NCBI GenBank assembly: GCA_024654025.1
Contig: JANLIR010000007.1
Span: forward strand, 421 to 64,420
DNA length: 64,000 bases
Direction of reading: 5' to 3'
Source of the DNA: Candidatus Wolfebacteria bacterium
GTDB taxonomy: Bacteria; Patescibacteriota; Minisyncoccia; UBA6257; UBA9933
Shown: positions 19,689-29,556 of the stretch, piece by piece
Numbering within the stretch: the stretch's first letter is position 1
How the letters are laid out: each line of letters opens with the position of its first letter
Notes under the pieces: model-generated
Seen by the model: only the letters and a program-made list of their open reading frames with translations
The model's database searches: none
What the model was told of the DNA's origin: nothing
Translations under genes and position numbers: made by a program

Positions 19689-20783
19689 ATGGTGATAAAA
19701 TTTTTATATAAATCAGTTCTTCGGCCAATTCTTTTTTTGAATGATCCGGAATTTGTCCATGGGCGGATGATTAAATTTGGAAATTTTTTGGGTAGGTATC
19801 GGTTCGGAAAAAAAATTGTTTCGTCGCTGTTTTTTTATTCCGATAAATCTCTTGAACAAAATATTTTAGGAATCAATTTTAAAAATCCTGTTGGTTTGGC
19901 GGCCGGATTTGATAAAAATGCCGAGCTGGTTGATATTTTATCGTCAGTGGGTTTTGGATTTATGGAAGTCGGTTCTATTACCGGCGAGCCTTGCGAAGGA
20001 AATCCCAAGCCGAGATTATGGCGGCTAAAAAAATTAAAAGGCATAGTTGTTTATTACGGATTAATGAATGACGGTTGTGAAAGGATTTTTGGGCGGTTAA
20101 AAAATAAAAAATTTAATATTCTTTTAGGAACTAGCGTTGCCAAAACGAATAGCCGTGAAACCGCGGAAATTGAAGCGGGCATAAACGATTATTTTAAGGC
20201 ATATAAAACAATGAGTGAGATAGGCGATTATACGACTATAAATATTAGCTGTCCCAACGCTTTCGGAGGAGAACCGTTTACAGATCCCGTAAAATTAGAG
20301 GCTCTTTTAAAAAAAATATTTGAAATACCAAAAAAGAAACCGATTTTTTTGAAGCTTTCTCCTGATTTAAGTGAAGCCGAAACGGACGCGATTTTGGAGG
20401 TTTGTAAAAAATATCCCGTTGACGGTTTTATTTGCTCCAATTTAACTAAAAAAAGAGTAAATATTATCGATAAGGATTTGCCTGAAAAAGGGGGTGTAAG
20501 CGGCAAGCCTATGGAAGAATTATCGAATAGACAGATAAGCTATATTTACCGGAAAACAGGCAGAAAATACGTGATTATTGGCTGTGGAGGGGTTTTTAGC
20601 GCCGAGGATGCTTATAAAAAGATTAAATTAGGGGCCTCATTGGTTCAGCTTATAAGCGGTATGATTTATGAAGGCCCACAACTTATAGGAGCAATAAACA
20701 AGGGTTTGAAACGTCTGTTAGAAAAAGACGGTTTTGATAATATTTCTCAAGCGATAGGGGTGGATAACGGCGGTAGAAATTAA
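19689..20783 (+). CDS. pyrD: Dihydroorotate dehydrogenase (quinone-dependent, class 2-like)
   Basis: NPVGLAAGFDKN, GNPKPRL, INISCPN, KLSPD, GGVSGKP, GASLVQL. Confidence 0.92.
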   Translation: MVIKFLYKSVLRPILFLNDPEFVHGRMIKFGNFLGRYRFGKKIVSSLFFYSDKSLEQNILGINFKNPVGLAAGFDKNAELVDILSSVGFGFMEVGSITGEPCEGNPKPRLWRLKKLKGIVVYYGLMNDGCERIFGRLKNKKFNILLGTSVAKTNSRETAEIEAGINDYFKAYKTMSEIGDYTTINISCPNAFGGEPFTDPVKLEALLKKIFEIPKKKPIFLKLSPDLSEAETDAILEVCKKYPVDGFICSNLTKKRVNIIDKDLPEKGGVSGKPMEELSNRQISYIYRKTGRKYVIIGCGGVFSAEDAYKKIKLGASLVQLISGMIYEGPQLIGAINKGLKRLLEKDGFDNISQAIGVDNGGRN

Positions 20784-20806
20784 AAAGCCCCACGAAGGGG
20801 CTTTTT
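20782..20806. terminator. Bidirectional terminator between pyrD and the pilin gene
   Basis: aaaaagcccc / ggggcttttt between convergent genes. Confidence 0.7.
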
Positions 20807-20831
20807 AATTTCTGAATTAGTTGTTGTTGAT

Positions 20832-21281
20832 TTATCGAGTTACTGAAATTATTGCTGTTTCTGGAGTTAATTCTGTATCTGGAGCGGCAACCGTGACTCT
20901 TCTGGTTGCTGGATCGTAAACCACGGTATATCTGGTTGATGTCGCGGTTCCGTTTGTTGGGTCAACAGGCATAGTGGAAACATAAGTAGGAACTATACAG
21001 CTTTGTATGTTATAGAAGCTGGTTCCTATTTCTGTGGTTGATGTAGGAAGTGAAGCGCCAGCAATCACGCAAGTAAAGTTGCCTTTGTTGTCAACTTGGT
21101 TTTGGCTGATTGCGTTCAAAATCGTGTTAACATTGCTCCATCTTTGGGTGTTTCTTGCCTGGGCAAACTGTCTGCCCGGGTTTAACGCGACTATAACGAC
21201 TCCGGCTAAAATCGCGATAATGCCGATAACGACCAGTAATTCGATTAATGTAAAACCTTTGCTTTTCATTTTGTGTTTCAT
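20832..21281 (-). CDS. Type IV pilin (major-pilin-like)
   Basis: KG|FTLIELLVVIGIIAILAGVV; ARNTQR; PVDP. Confidence 0.9.
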   Translation of the reverse strand: MKHKMKSKGFTLIELLVVIGIIAILAGVVIVALNPGRQFAQARNTQRWSNVNTILNAISQNQVDNKGNFTCVIAGASLPTSTTEIGTSFYNIQSCIVPTYVSTMPVDPTNGTATSTRYTVVYDPATRRVTVAAPDTELTPETAIISVTR

Positions 21282-21362
21282 TTTGTGTCTTTTTCTTGAA
21301 TCTCGACCTTTTATCGATATTAATTATATTTTAGCAAAGTATAATTCATTGGGCAAAACAAC

Positions 21363-21371
21363 TTATCCACA
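21363..21371. promoter_or_regulatory. Perfect DnaA box upstream of pilin promoter
   Basis: TTATCCACA, intergenic. Confidence 0.5.
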
Positions 21372-21379
21372 CCCAGCTC

Positions 21380-22855
21380 TTATTTTATTTCATCCCAGGA
21401 TAATATTTGGTAGCTGTCGCTTGTAAGAGGGAAGCTTGGCGGCGGGCTGTATAAAAGATTCGTGTCGTAAATAAGATTTCTTGTTTGATAGCCGGTGCCG
21501 TCAGTGTAAGCGAATCCGTATCTTTGGTTGGACATTATCATTCCGTAAAGAGTAATAGTGTTTCTTATGTGGTAAGGAGAACAGCGATCTTGATTGCTTC
21601 CTGGCGGCCGGAAATAATACCTTCCAACCCGTCCGTTTTGAGCTATTAGAGCGGCGTCTATTGTTAGAAAGTCCGAACTTTGCAAGCCGGCGTTGATGTT
21701 GCCCTGGGCTATGAGGCCGATCGTGTCACGGCCGTCAAAATTAGTATAAAGAAGATCGTTATTTACTGTTATGGCCCGCCAGTTGGACGGAGTTTCAGGA
21801 AACTTTGCGGCGGCTACGGTTATTCTGGCGGTATTTATTTGGCCGTCTATCCAGACATTATCCTCGATAAATATTAAGCCGTTTGCCGGAAAAGGATAAT
21901 TGGCTACAAATTGTTGAGCGCTGATTGTCCAGGTTCCCCAATCCTGTTCGCCTAAAACAGATATGCAGCCCTGAGGAGGGTTAAGAACCGAGGTGACGCG
22001 GTAAAAATCAAAAGTATCATTAGTTTTTAGGACGATATGATAGCCCTGATTGCCGGAACTGGAAGCGTAAAATCCGTTAGCTTGGGAGTCGGTTTTTATT
22101 TTAGTTAAATTTGCGCTGATACCGGTAAAGTCAACCGCTGGAACTGGAAATTGCCTGCCAGCCATAAAAACATCCGATCTATTCGGCACAGGAGATGTTG
22201 GCGGAGCTTCGCTTGGCCGGAAGTTATTGTTAACTGTATTTGCAGGCGGAAGGTCTTTGTGAGTATGGACTCCAAATTCGCTGTTACCGGAATGGTCAGG
22301 ATCTTTATAGGTGCCCAAAGCGCTAGAAACGATATTATGCGCCAGTCCGTCAACTCGCACGCCGTAATTGGAAAACAGTTCTCCGAAAATTTCCGTTCCT
22401 TGGCCAAACCGTACATTTGCATTTAAAACCGCGGCGTATTTTGCGAACGAAGGAATGCCCAATTTTACCTCGACTATTTTTTCGATAGTTGGGTCAGAAA
22501 GAACTTTTCCCGTAGATTTAATTACTACAATAGTAGACCCTATAGGCGGGGGAGTTATGTCTAAAATAAATTGGCCGATTTGAACTCCATTTTTGTCGAA
22601 ATAATTATGGATGTACGGTCCAGGCTGGCCGGTGCCGTCTTGATAATCATTGGCAGCGTGCGCTAAGTGCCAGCGGTAATATTCGATTCCCGATTCCGCG
22701 ATTGAAAGCGCCGATTCTTTTTCGTTGTATCTTGTCGCGGATTTTAAAGTAGCGTCGGCCCAGATTATAAATCCCGATAGAAAAATAACGGCAACGGCGC
22801 CATATATCAATACCTGGATTGCCAACGTTCCTTTTTGATTATAATTTTTTATCAT
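21380..22855 (-). CDS. PilX-like minor pilin
   Basis: QKG|TLAIQVL, ALSIAESGIEYYRW, C-terminal PPSFP...SWDEI. Confidence 0.8.
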   Translation of the reverse strand: MIKNYNQKGTLAIQVLIYGAVAVIFLSGFIIWADATLKSATRYNEKESALSIAESGIEYYRWHLAHAANDYQDGTGQPGPYIHNYFDKNGVQIGQFILDITPPPIGSTIVVIKSTGKVLSDPTIEKIVEVKLGIPSFAKYAAVLNANVRFGQGTEIFGELFSNYGVRVDGLAHNIVSSALGTYKDPDHSGNSEFGVHTHKDLPPANTVNNNFRPSEAPPTSPVPNRSDVFMAGRQFPVPAVDFTGISANLTKIKTDSQANGFYASSSGNQGYHIVLKTNDTFDFYRVTSVLNPPQGCISVLGEQDWGTWTISAQQFVANYPFPANGLIFIEDNVWIDGQINTARITVAAAKFPETPSNWRAITVNNDLLYTNFDGRDTIGLIAQGNINAGLQSSDFLTIDAALIAQNGRVGRYYFRPPGSNQDRCSPYHIRNTITLYGMIMSNQRYGFAYTDGTGYQTRNLIYDTNLLYSPPPSFPLTSDSYQILSWDEIK

Positions 22856-22856
22856 A

Positions 22857-22997
22857 CCCGGTATTACAACTTCGATTATTTTTGGGTTAATTCTCGAAAT
22901 TGAAAATTAGTTAATATTTTTTGTTTTTTACCCAATATTGTTTATTCTAAAATCCTCAAAAATTTTATAGAGAATTTGTCGAAGTTGTAATACTGGG
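22857..22997. mobile_element. MITE-like element, family B
   Basis: 19-bp TIR cccggtattacaacttcga / tcgaagttgtaatactggg (one mismatch); TCATA duplicated on both flanks. Confidence 0.75.
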
Positions 22998-25262
22998 TCA
23001 TAAATTTGTTCTTAAATTTCTTGGGGATATTTTTATAGAAAATTGTTGCGATGAATCGGCGTCTGCGTCTTTGGCGGTAACTTGGATGCCGATTTCGCGG
23101 ATAAGTGAAATATCTATAGGGTAGGGCATCGCTGGTTCAGAGCCGGAATAATTGGCGTCGTAATAAGAAAATATGCTTGAAGTGCTCATATCAAGATTGT
23201 GGACCATATCCGTGATAATTTGATTCGCCGGATTGTATACGAGCGGATTGCCAACGGGTTTAGTGACGCTTTTTTCAAGAATTGTGCTGCTTGTAAAATA
23301 TCTTACTTGTTCTATAACGTTGTCTCCGTCAATGTCGCTGAAAAACGTAAAAGAACTGGTGGTTGCTTCGGCAATCGGATAACCGCCGACAGCAGATATT
23401 CTCATTGAACGAATTTCGGGAATAACCGTTTGTTGGGTTTGTAAAAGTTCTTGTTGAATTCCTATTTCTCCGGTAAAGAAAGTTTCAAAATTTATGACAT
23501 TTCTGATGAAATATCCGATAAACAGCATAATCATAATCGCTATTCCCATGGCCACAAGAATTTCTATAAGAGTAAATGCGGATTCGTTTTTGGGCAAAAC
23601 TTTTTTTGTTTTTATGAAATAAATAGTCGCCGCTGCGGCAATTAAAAGCAGTACGATGAGCGCGACGTAAAAAATGTTTTTTGAGGAAAAGGGCGAGGTT
23701 TTGGGTGAGGCTAAAAAATCAACGGGCTTAGAAATTTTTTCAAAAACCTCGTTGTTATTCGAATAAATTATTGCTTTATATTTTCCCGCAGGTAAGTCGT
23801 TTAGAGTGGCGGCGCGGTTATTTTTAGAGACAAATATTTTTTTGACGAGTTTATAATTCTCGTCGAATATATCTATTAGATATCCGTTTGAAGGTTCAGA
23901 AACTGGCGATGACCAGGTGATATTTAATGTTTGATTGCTTTGAAAAATAGACAAAGAAGAAGGGAGGTTTTGACTTTGATTTGTTGTAGTGGAGGCGTTT
24001 AATAAAGTTTGTGTTGGCGGAGTGCTTGTGGGAGAAGTTGTCGGTAATGGTTGAGGCGGTTGCGTTACAGGTGGCTGTGTTGAGGGCGGTTGTGTCGTTG
24101 ATGGTTGAGTTGTTGATGGGGGTGTTTGTAGGGTAGTGAATTCAATATATTGGTTAGAGATATTTCCAAAAAGATCAACAGACATAATTGAGGCAAAATA
24201 GTTTGTGTTCGGCTGTAAAACATTTCCGGAATTGATCGCGTGTTCAAGTTCAAAAGTGGAGTCGCCGACGCTGGTAATAATTTGATATTTTTTAACAAGG
24301 CCGATTAAGACGCTGGAATTAGCTGGCTTATCGGTTGTCCAAGCAAACAGAGCGGAGTTTTGGCTTAGGGACAAAACGCGGATGTTTGAAATTACCGGGG
24401 GTACTGTGTCTGTTGGTGTTGAAGTTGAAGCGGTATAAGCGTTAACGCCGACAGTGCCATTAATGCCGGATTCATTGCCCCACTGGTCTTTTGCCAGTAT
24501 TTGATAATTATATTGGGTGTTTGGCAGTAAAGCGGAGAATATAGATTCGCAGGTTGTTATTGCTTGATTGCAAATTTGATAACCGTTTTTAAATGGATCG
24601 GTTTGTAATTGGGTTTTATCCGACGATTCGATCGTTATTTTGAAATCAACCGGCTCATTGGCGTTAAATTTTATGGAGGTGGTGGCGGAAGAAGTTGACG
24701 AAATTATATTTGAAAGCGCCGGAGGTAATAAATCAGAATTATCATAAAGAGCGAATTTAACGGAAAAACTTTGTTCAATTCCGGAAACAATCGCAGGCAT
24801 GACTATTTTTTCCAAAGGCGAATAAACGGCGTTATGTTCAAGCGGCTGGACTCGATTGGCGTAATAAATATTTATGTCCGCTGAAGCGCTGGAGATTTTA
24901 ATTTTATATGTTTGATCTCCGGTTACCGCTATTACTTGGCTGAAAGCTACATGGAATCGTTTTCCGCCCCAAGCAGGAGAAAGTATTGGCACGGAAACCG
25001 ATTTTGAAGACAAAGTTTGATTAGCGTTGTTTAAAAGAGAGACGGATATATTGCCCGAGGCGGAATTGTCGAGCCACAAATCAAAGCCGGAAATCAAGTC
25101 ATTGGAAACGATGAATGGCTGGATTATTTCTCCGCGGCGGGAAACAGAAAAATTATTGGATTCGTCCGGAGCGAATTCGAAATACTTAATTTCAGAAGTT
25201 TGCGCTAGTACCAAAGTTGGCGCGGCGATTAAAATGAACAATATGGCGATAATATATTTCAT
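22998..25262 (-). CDS. Fusion: secreted FN3-like surface domains + TM + C-terminal PilW-like prepilin
   Basis: Signal peptide, FN3-like repeats, Pro/Thr linker, TM, then internal SA|FTLIEILVAMGI and a pilin body ending PRNLRTNL. Confidence 0.75.
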   Translation of the reverse strand: MKYIIAILFILIAAPTLVLAQTSEIKYFEFAPDESNNFSVSRRGEIIQPFIVSNDLISGFDLWLDNSASGNISVSLLNNANQTLSSKSVSVPILSPAWGGKRFHVAFSQVIAVTGDQTYKIKISSASADINIYYANRVQPLEHNAVYSPLEKIVMPAIVSGIEQSFSVKFALYDNSDLLPPALSNIISSTSSATTSIKFNANEPVDFKITIESSDKTQLQTDPFKNGYQICNQAITTCESIFSALLPNTQYNYQILAKDQWGNESGINGTVGVNAYTASTSTPTDTVPPVISNIRVLSLSQNSALFAWTTDKPANSSVLIGLVKKYQIITSVGDSTFELEHAINSGNVLQPNTNYFASIMSVDLFGNISNQYIEFTTLQTPPSTTQPSTTQPPSTQPPVTQPPQPLPTTSPTSTPPTQTLLNASTTTNQSQNLPSSLSIFQSNQTLNITWSSPVSEPSNGYLIDIFDENYKLVKKIFVSKNNRAATLNDLPAGKYKAIIYSNNNEVFEKISKPVDFLASPKTSPFSSKNIFYVALIVLLLIAAAATIYFIKTKKVLPKNESAFTLIEILVAMGIAIMIMLFIGYFIRNVINFETFFTGEIGIQQELLQTQQTVIPEIRSMRISAVGGYPIAEATTSSFTFFSDIDGDNVIEQVRYFTSSTILEKSVTKPVGNPLVYNPANQIITDMVHNLDMSTSSIFSYYDANYSGSEPAMPYPIDISLIREIGIQVTAKDADADSSQQFSIKISPRNLRTNL

Positions 25263-25282
25263 GTTTGATAATTCTCAATAAA

Positions 25283-27079
25283 TTATAGCGGCAGTAAATT
25301 TATTACAAATTCCTGCCAGTCGTTAAAAATGGAAACCGCTGAATTGGTATAATTTTGATAACCTGTTTTTGAGGCGGTAACCGTGTAAGTTTGATTGGTT
25401 AATCCATTAAATAATGTTTGGCCTAACGGGATGCATGATGACGAAAAATAAAATTCTATTTCCTGAAGCGAGGGAGTGTAGGCTGGGTTAACGGTATTCA
25501 AAAATACTTTATAACGGAAATAACGATTGTTGTTGAGTAAAGAAGAAATTGTGCTGCTGGAAGTGTAAAAGGAATTGGAAGTTCCGTCCGGGCCAACATA
25601 ATTCCATGTTGAGTTATCGTTGTTGGCGGCAAGCTGGAATTTTAAACTGTCAATGCCGGTTTGGGACGGCTGACTCGCTGGAAGCCAATCAATTGAATAA
25701 AAAGACACATTGGAGGCCCCTAAATTAAAAGTATTAGATTCTAACCACTGGGTGCTTGTTGTGTAAGTTCCGTTGGATGACTTTAGTGTTATTGTTCCGG
25801 GGATAGCTTCGGTTTCAATATCTCCGCTTTGGGAAAAATAATTTGATCCTGACCAATCGGTTTGTATAAACGATCTTTGTCCGGTAATTTGAGTTTTGTC
25901 GATCAAATTTCCGGTAATTTTTACAGAAACATCGTCTATTGGCTGGTTGTTTTGATCTTTAACGGTTGCAAGGAGAGCCAGGGGTAATTTCGGTTCCATT
26001 AGCCATTTGAGATTAGTAGTGGTGCTGGGATTTAAAGTAAGAGGCAGAAGAGGCAAGTTGCCGCTTAAATCATAAGAAGTGTTAGAGTTTGTGAATCCGT
26101 AAGTATCCCATTCCAGATTGTTTAATATTTTATTTCCGCTCGCGTCGGTTTGTGAATTAGCCGAATATTTTAAAATATCTGGATTTGTTCCAATTAGTTT
26201 TCCTCCCTGGATCGAAAAAGCGCTGTTAGGAACAGGGGAGCAGAATTTGTCTTGGGTTGATAGATTAATAACGCTTAGTCTGTCGATAGTGAAACTTATT
26301 GAAGTTACTTGTTGAGAGGCAACCGTGGCGTCGGGTTTGGTTGGGTTGGGGTTTGATGGAGCGCCGGCGGGGTATGTTCTTTCGGAAGAATAACCGGATT
26401 TGCTGACGGGAATTCTGTACGACGCGGTGCTGGTTGGGATGTCTACAAGTTGGAGCACTCCATTTAGGTTTGTGGTGTCGGTTATGTTAATTGGCGGCGT
26501 AGTGCTTGAATTTGTTACGTTTACGTTGGCGCCGCTTATTGGCTGGCCGTAAGCGTCTAAGACATTTATGAAAAGCGAGCCGTTGTTGGTTGTGGTTTCA
26601 AGGCCTTTTGCCGGAGCAACGGTTGTGGTCATAGTAATAGAAGCAACGCCGCCAAAACCAGCGCACGAAATACAATTCGCTTCGACTTCAATAATTTTAT
26701 AATCAGCCGGAGAAGTGTCGTTGGGAGTTCCGCCCAAAGTGCCGTCAAACGGGTCGTCAACATTTCTAACGGTTGTTGTTAATAAAAAACTGCCGCCGCC
26801 GGATTGTACCGTTGTGGTTGCCAAAAGTTTTCCAACAGGATAACCGCCTAAAATGCCGATGTCGGAGTAATTCATTTTTCTGGCGGTTTCGAACTCAGTT
26901 TCTATGGCCGCAACTGCTTCGGCGCGCCATTGGTTTTTTAAAATTATTTCCAAAATATTGGCGTAAGTCAGATATATTGAAGAGGAGATTATTAAAAGCA
27001 ATGTGGAAGCCACTAGAGCTTCTATCAAAGTGAACCCAGTATTACAACCGCGGTTTTTAAAATTAGAGAAAGATTTCAT
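25283..27079 (-). CDS. PilV-like minor pilin with carboxypeptidase-regulatory-like repeats
   Basis: TG|FTLIEALVA; VDDPFDG; D..GQPISGANV repeats; ATG 27079 preferred as start. Confidence 0.8.
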   Translation of the reverse strand: MKSFSNFKNRGCNTGFTLIEALVASTLLLIISSSIYLTYANILEIILKNQWRAEAVAAIETEFETARKMNYSDIGILGGYPVGKLLATTTVQSGGGSFLLTTTVRNVDDPFDGTLGGTPNDTSPADYKIIEVEANCISCAGFGGVASITMTTTVAPAKGLETTTNNGSLFINVLDAYGQPISGANVNVTNSSTTPPINITDTTNLNGVLQLVDIPTSTASYRIPVSKSGYSSERTYPAGAPSNPNPTKPDATVASQQVTSISFTIDRLSVINLSTQDKFCSPVPNSAFSIQGGKLIGTNPDILKYSANSQTDASGNKILNNLEWDTYGFTNSNTSYDLSGNLPLLPLTLNPSTTTNLKWLMEPKLPLALLATVKDQNNQPIDDVSVKITGNLIDKTQITGQRSFIQTDWSGSNYFSQSGDIETEAIPGTITLKSSNGTYTTSTQWLESNTFNLGASNVSFYSIDWLPASQPSQTGIDSLKFQLAANNDNSTWNYVGPDGTSNSFYTSSSTISSLLNNNRYFRYKVFLNTVNPAYTPSLQEIEFYFSSSCIPLGQTLFNGLTNQTYTVTASKTGYQNYTNSAVSIFNDWQEFVINLLPL

Positions 27080-27119
27080 TGTCAGAAAATTAACGTACAA
27101 AAATCCAAAAACTTAAAAA

Positions 27120-28181
27120 TTATTTTATTTTCAATCCTTGCGTTACCGAATATATCGGGGTGATTATCGAAAGCGCCACAAAGCCGATAAGCACGCCCAT
27201 GACAATTATAAGAAGCGGTTCTAAAACGCTAGACAGATTTTTAGTAACATCGTCCACGTCATTTTCGTAAAATTCGGAAAGATAAAGCAAGGTTTCGCTT
27301 AAGTTTCCGGTTTTTTCGCCGATTGAAATCATTTCTCCGACCATCGGAGGGAAAAGATCCGGCCGGCCGATTAAGAATCGAGAAATTTCTTCGCCGCGGG
27401 AAACTCCGGTTGCTATTTTGCCGATTTGCTCTTTGTAAATAAGATTAGCGGTGGTTGTCGACGTGATGGTTATGGCTTCAATCACTTTTATGTCGCTTCG
27501 AAGAAGAAGGCCTAATGTCCGGCAGAAGTTTGCTATGTTGTAGTGTTTTGATAATCGTCCAGCCAAAGGCAAAATCAGCAAAAAACGGGTGGCGGCATAT
27601 TTAACTATTCTTATTTTTAAAATCAGCCAAACGAAAATTATAAAAATTATGATTCCGATAATAACGTAAAATCCGTAAGCGACTAAAAAATTGCTGACCG
27701 CGATTAAGATTCGCGTTGTAATCGGAAGCGTCATTTTCAAGCTTTTGAAAACCGGAAGAATTTTAGGAAAAATATAAACAGTCAAAAATCCAACGATGCC
27801 CAAAGTAGAAATGCCGATTATTACCGGATAAATAAGGGCGCCCTTTATTTTTTTATTCAAGTTTTGGTTTTTTTGGAGTTCTTCGGCCAAGTAATTGAGG
27901 TTTTCGTAAAGTATTCCACTGGCCTCGCCGACTCTGATGACGTTTATAAATAATTCGCCGAAAACGTTTTTGAATTTTTCAAGCCCGGTTGATAAAAATT
28001 GGCCATTGGAAACATCGTCAACCAGTTCGGTAAGAATTTTTTTCATTGTTTTGGAAGTGGCCTGTTTTTTTAACAGTTGCAAGCTGTCGACAATGGGCAT
28101 TCCGGTTTTCACCATTATGGAAAGGTGCTTGGCAAAAATTATTTTTTCCTGATTGGAAACTCTAAAAAATATATTATTCAT
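27120..28181 (-). CDS. pilC: Type IV pilus platform protein PilC/GspF family (short N-terminus)
   Basis: FAKHLSIMVKTG, GEASG.L, GEKTGNL, LEPLLIIVMG. Confidence 0.9.
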   Translation of the reverse strand: MNNIFFRVSNQEKIIFAKHLSIMVKTGMPIVDSLQLLKKQATSKTMKKILTELVDDVSNGQFLSTGLEKFKNVFGELFINVIRVGEASGILYENLNYLAEELQKNQNLNKKIKGALIYPVIIGISTLGIVGFLTVYIFPKILPVFKSLKMTLPITTRILIAVSNFLVAYGFYVIIGIIIFIIFVWLILKIRIVKYAATRFLLILPLAGRLSKHYNIANFCRTLGLLLRSDIKVIEAITITSTTTANLIYKEQIGKIATGVSRGEEISRFLIGRPDLFPPMVGEMISIGEKTGNLSETLLYLSEFYENDVDDVTKNLSSVLEPLLIIVMGVLIGFVALSIITPIYSVTQGLKIK

Positions 28182-28184
28182 ATG

Positions 28185-29402
28185 TTATTCATGGATAACT
28201 CTTAGCACTTCTTCTATTGTGGTTATGCCTTCGATGGCTTTTTTAAATCCGTCTTCGATCATTGAAGTCATGCCGTTTTTTTCAGCTAAATGTTTGATTT
28301 CAGTGGCATCGGCTTTTCTAACGATAGCCGCCCTCATTTCGTCGTCTATTTCCATAACTTCGTGTATTCCGACGCGGCCTCTATAGCCAGAGCCGCTGCA
28401 ATTTTCACATCCTTTGCCCTGATAAAATTTTTTAGATTTGTAAAGAGTTTCAACCGGAAATGTTCCCATTAGCCCTTCCAGATCGTTTATTGTTACTTTT
28501 TTTTCAAATTTGCATTCGACACAAATTCGTCTGACCAGTCTTTGACCGATGGCGACGTTCACCGTGGAGGCGATTAAAAATGGTTCGACTTTCATATCGA
28601 TAAGCCGCGGTAATGTTGTCGGCGCGTCGTTGGTGTGGATGGTAGATAAAAGCAAATGGCCGGTTAAAGCGGCGTTAACCGCAATAGCAGCGGTTTCTTC
28701 GTCTCTGATTTCGCCGACCATAACGATATTCGGATCTTGCCTTAAAATAGAACGAAGTCCGTTGGCAAAAGTTAAGCCGGTTCTCGCGTTGACTTGGATT
28801 TGTTCGAGACCTTCAATCGCGTATTCTATCGGGTCTTCGATGGTGATAATGGAAACGTCTTTAGTGTTGAGAGTTTTTAAAATCGTGTAAAGAGTCGTTG
28901 TTTTGCCGGAGCCGGTGGGGCCGGTTGCTAAAATCATTCCGTACGGTTTTTTCATATTCCGTTCTATTTTTTCAATATCTTTGGGCGCGAATCCTAAACT
29001 GTCCAGAGTGAATTTTTCGGCTTTTTCCGAAAGAAGGCGCATAACGCAATCCTCGCCGTAAAAAGTCGGCGCTAAGGAAACGCGGATGTCCACGAAGCCG
29101 CCGTTTTTAAATTTCAAACGGAAACGGCCGTCTTGCGCCGCCTGGTGTTCGTCGGTCCGAAGCCCTGAGAGGACTTTGACGCGGGTGATGACTTCGGATT
29201 GGATTTCTTTAGGTAAAATAAACGAGTCGTTTAAAATGCCGTCAATTCTAAGCCGCACTCTGACTCTTTTTTCTTCAGGATCAACGTGAATATCGGAAGC
29301 GCCGGCTTTGTACGCGTATTCAATAAGAGAATCAACCAAGCTGATAATTGAAATCCCGGCGCCGCGTTGTAATTCTTCTTCAACTTTTGAAAAGGGAGCC
29401 AT
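28185..29402 (-). CDS. pilB: Type IV pilus extension ATPase PilB/GspE family, lacking the N-terminal domain
   Basis: ASDIH, GPTGSGKTTT, TIEDPIE, LRQDPN, LTGH, CxxC tetracysteine; only 405 aa. Confidence 0.9.
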   Translation of the reverse strand: MAPFSKVEEELQRGAGISIISLVDSLIEYAYKAGASDIHVDPEEKRVRVRLRIDGILNDSFILPKEIQSEVITRVKVLSGLRTDEHQAAQDGRFRLKFKNGGFVDIRVSLAPTFYGEDCVMRLLSEKAEKFTLDSLGFAPKDIEKIERNMKKPYGMILATGPTGSGKTTTLYTILKTLNTKDVSIITIEDPIEYAIEGLEQIQVNARTGLTFANGLRSILRQDPNIVMVGEIRDEETAAIAVNAALTGHLLLSTIHTNDAPTTLPRLIDMKVEPFLIASTVNVAIGQRLVRRICVECKFEKKVTINDLEGLMGTFPVETLYKSKKFYQGKGCENCSGSGYRGRVGIHEVMEIDDEMRAAIVRKADATEIKHLAEKNGMTSMIEDGFKKAIEGITTIEEVLRVIHE

Positions 29403-29556
29403 TATTTATTATTTTATCAATATAAAAAACAAAAGACAATGGAACAAAGTTTAAGAAACGTTACGTTAAGTGGCGTTTCGTAATCCTGAGTTTATCGAAG
29501 GATAAAAAAACGCCGCGTTTTTAAGGCGCGGCTAGTTGAGGCAGAACAGCGCGAAG

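Noticed and set aside
19625-21371. Replication origin from nearby DnaA boxes
   Set aside because: The boxes are single and dispersed, with no dense cluster and no dnaA or dnaN gene here.
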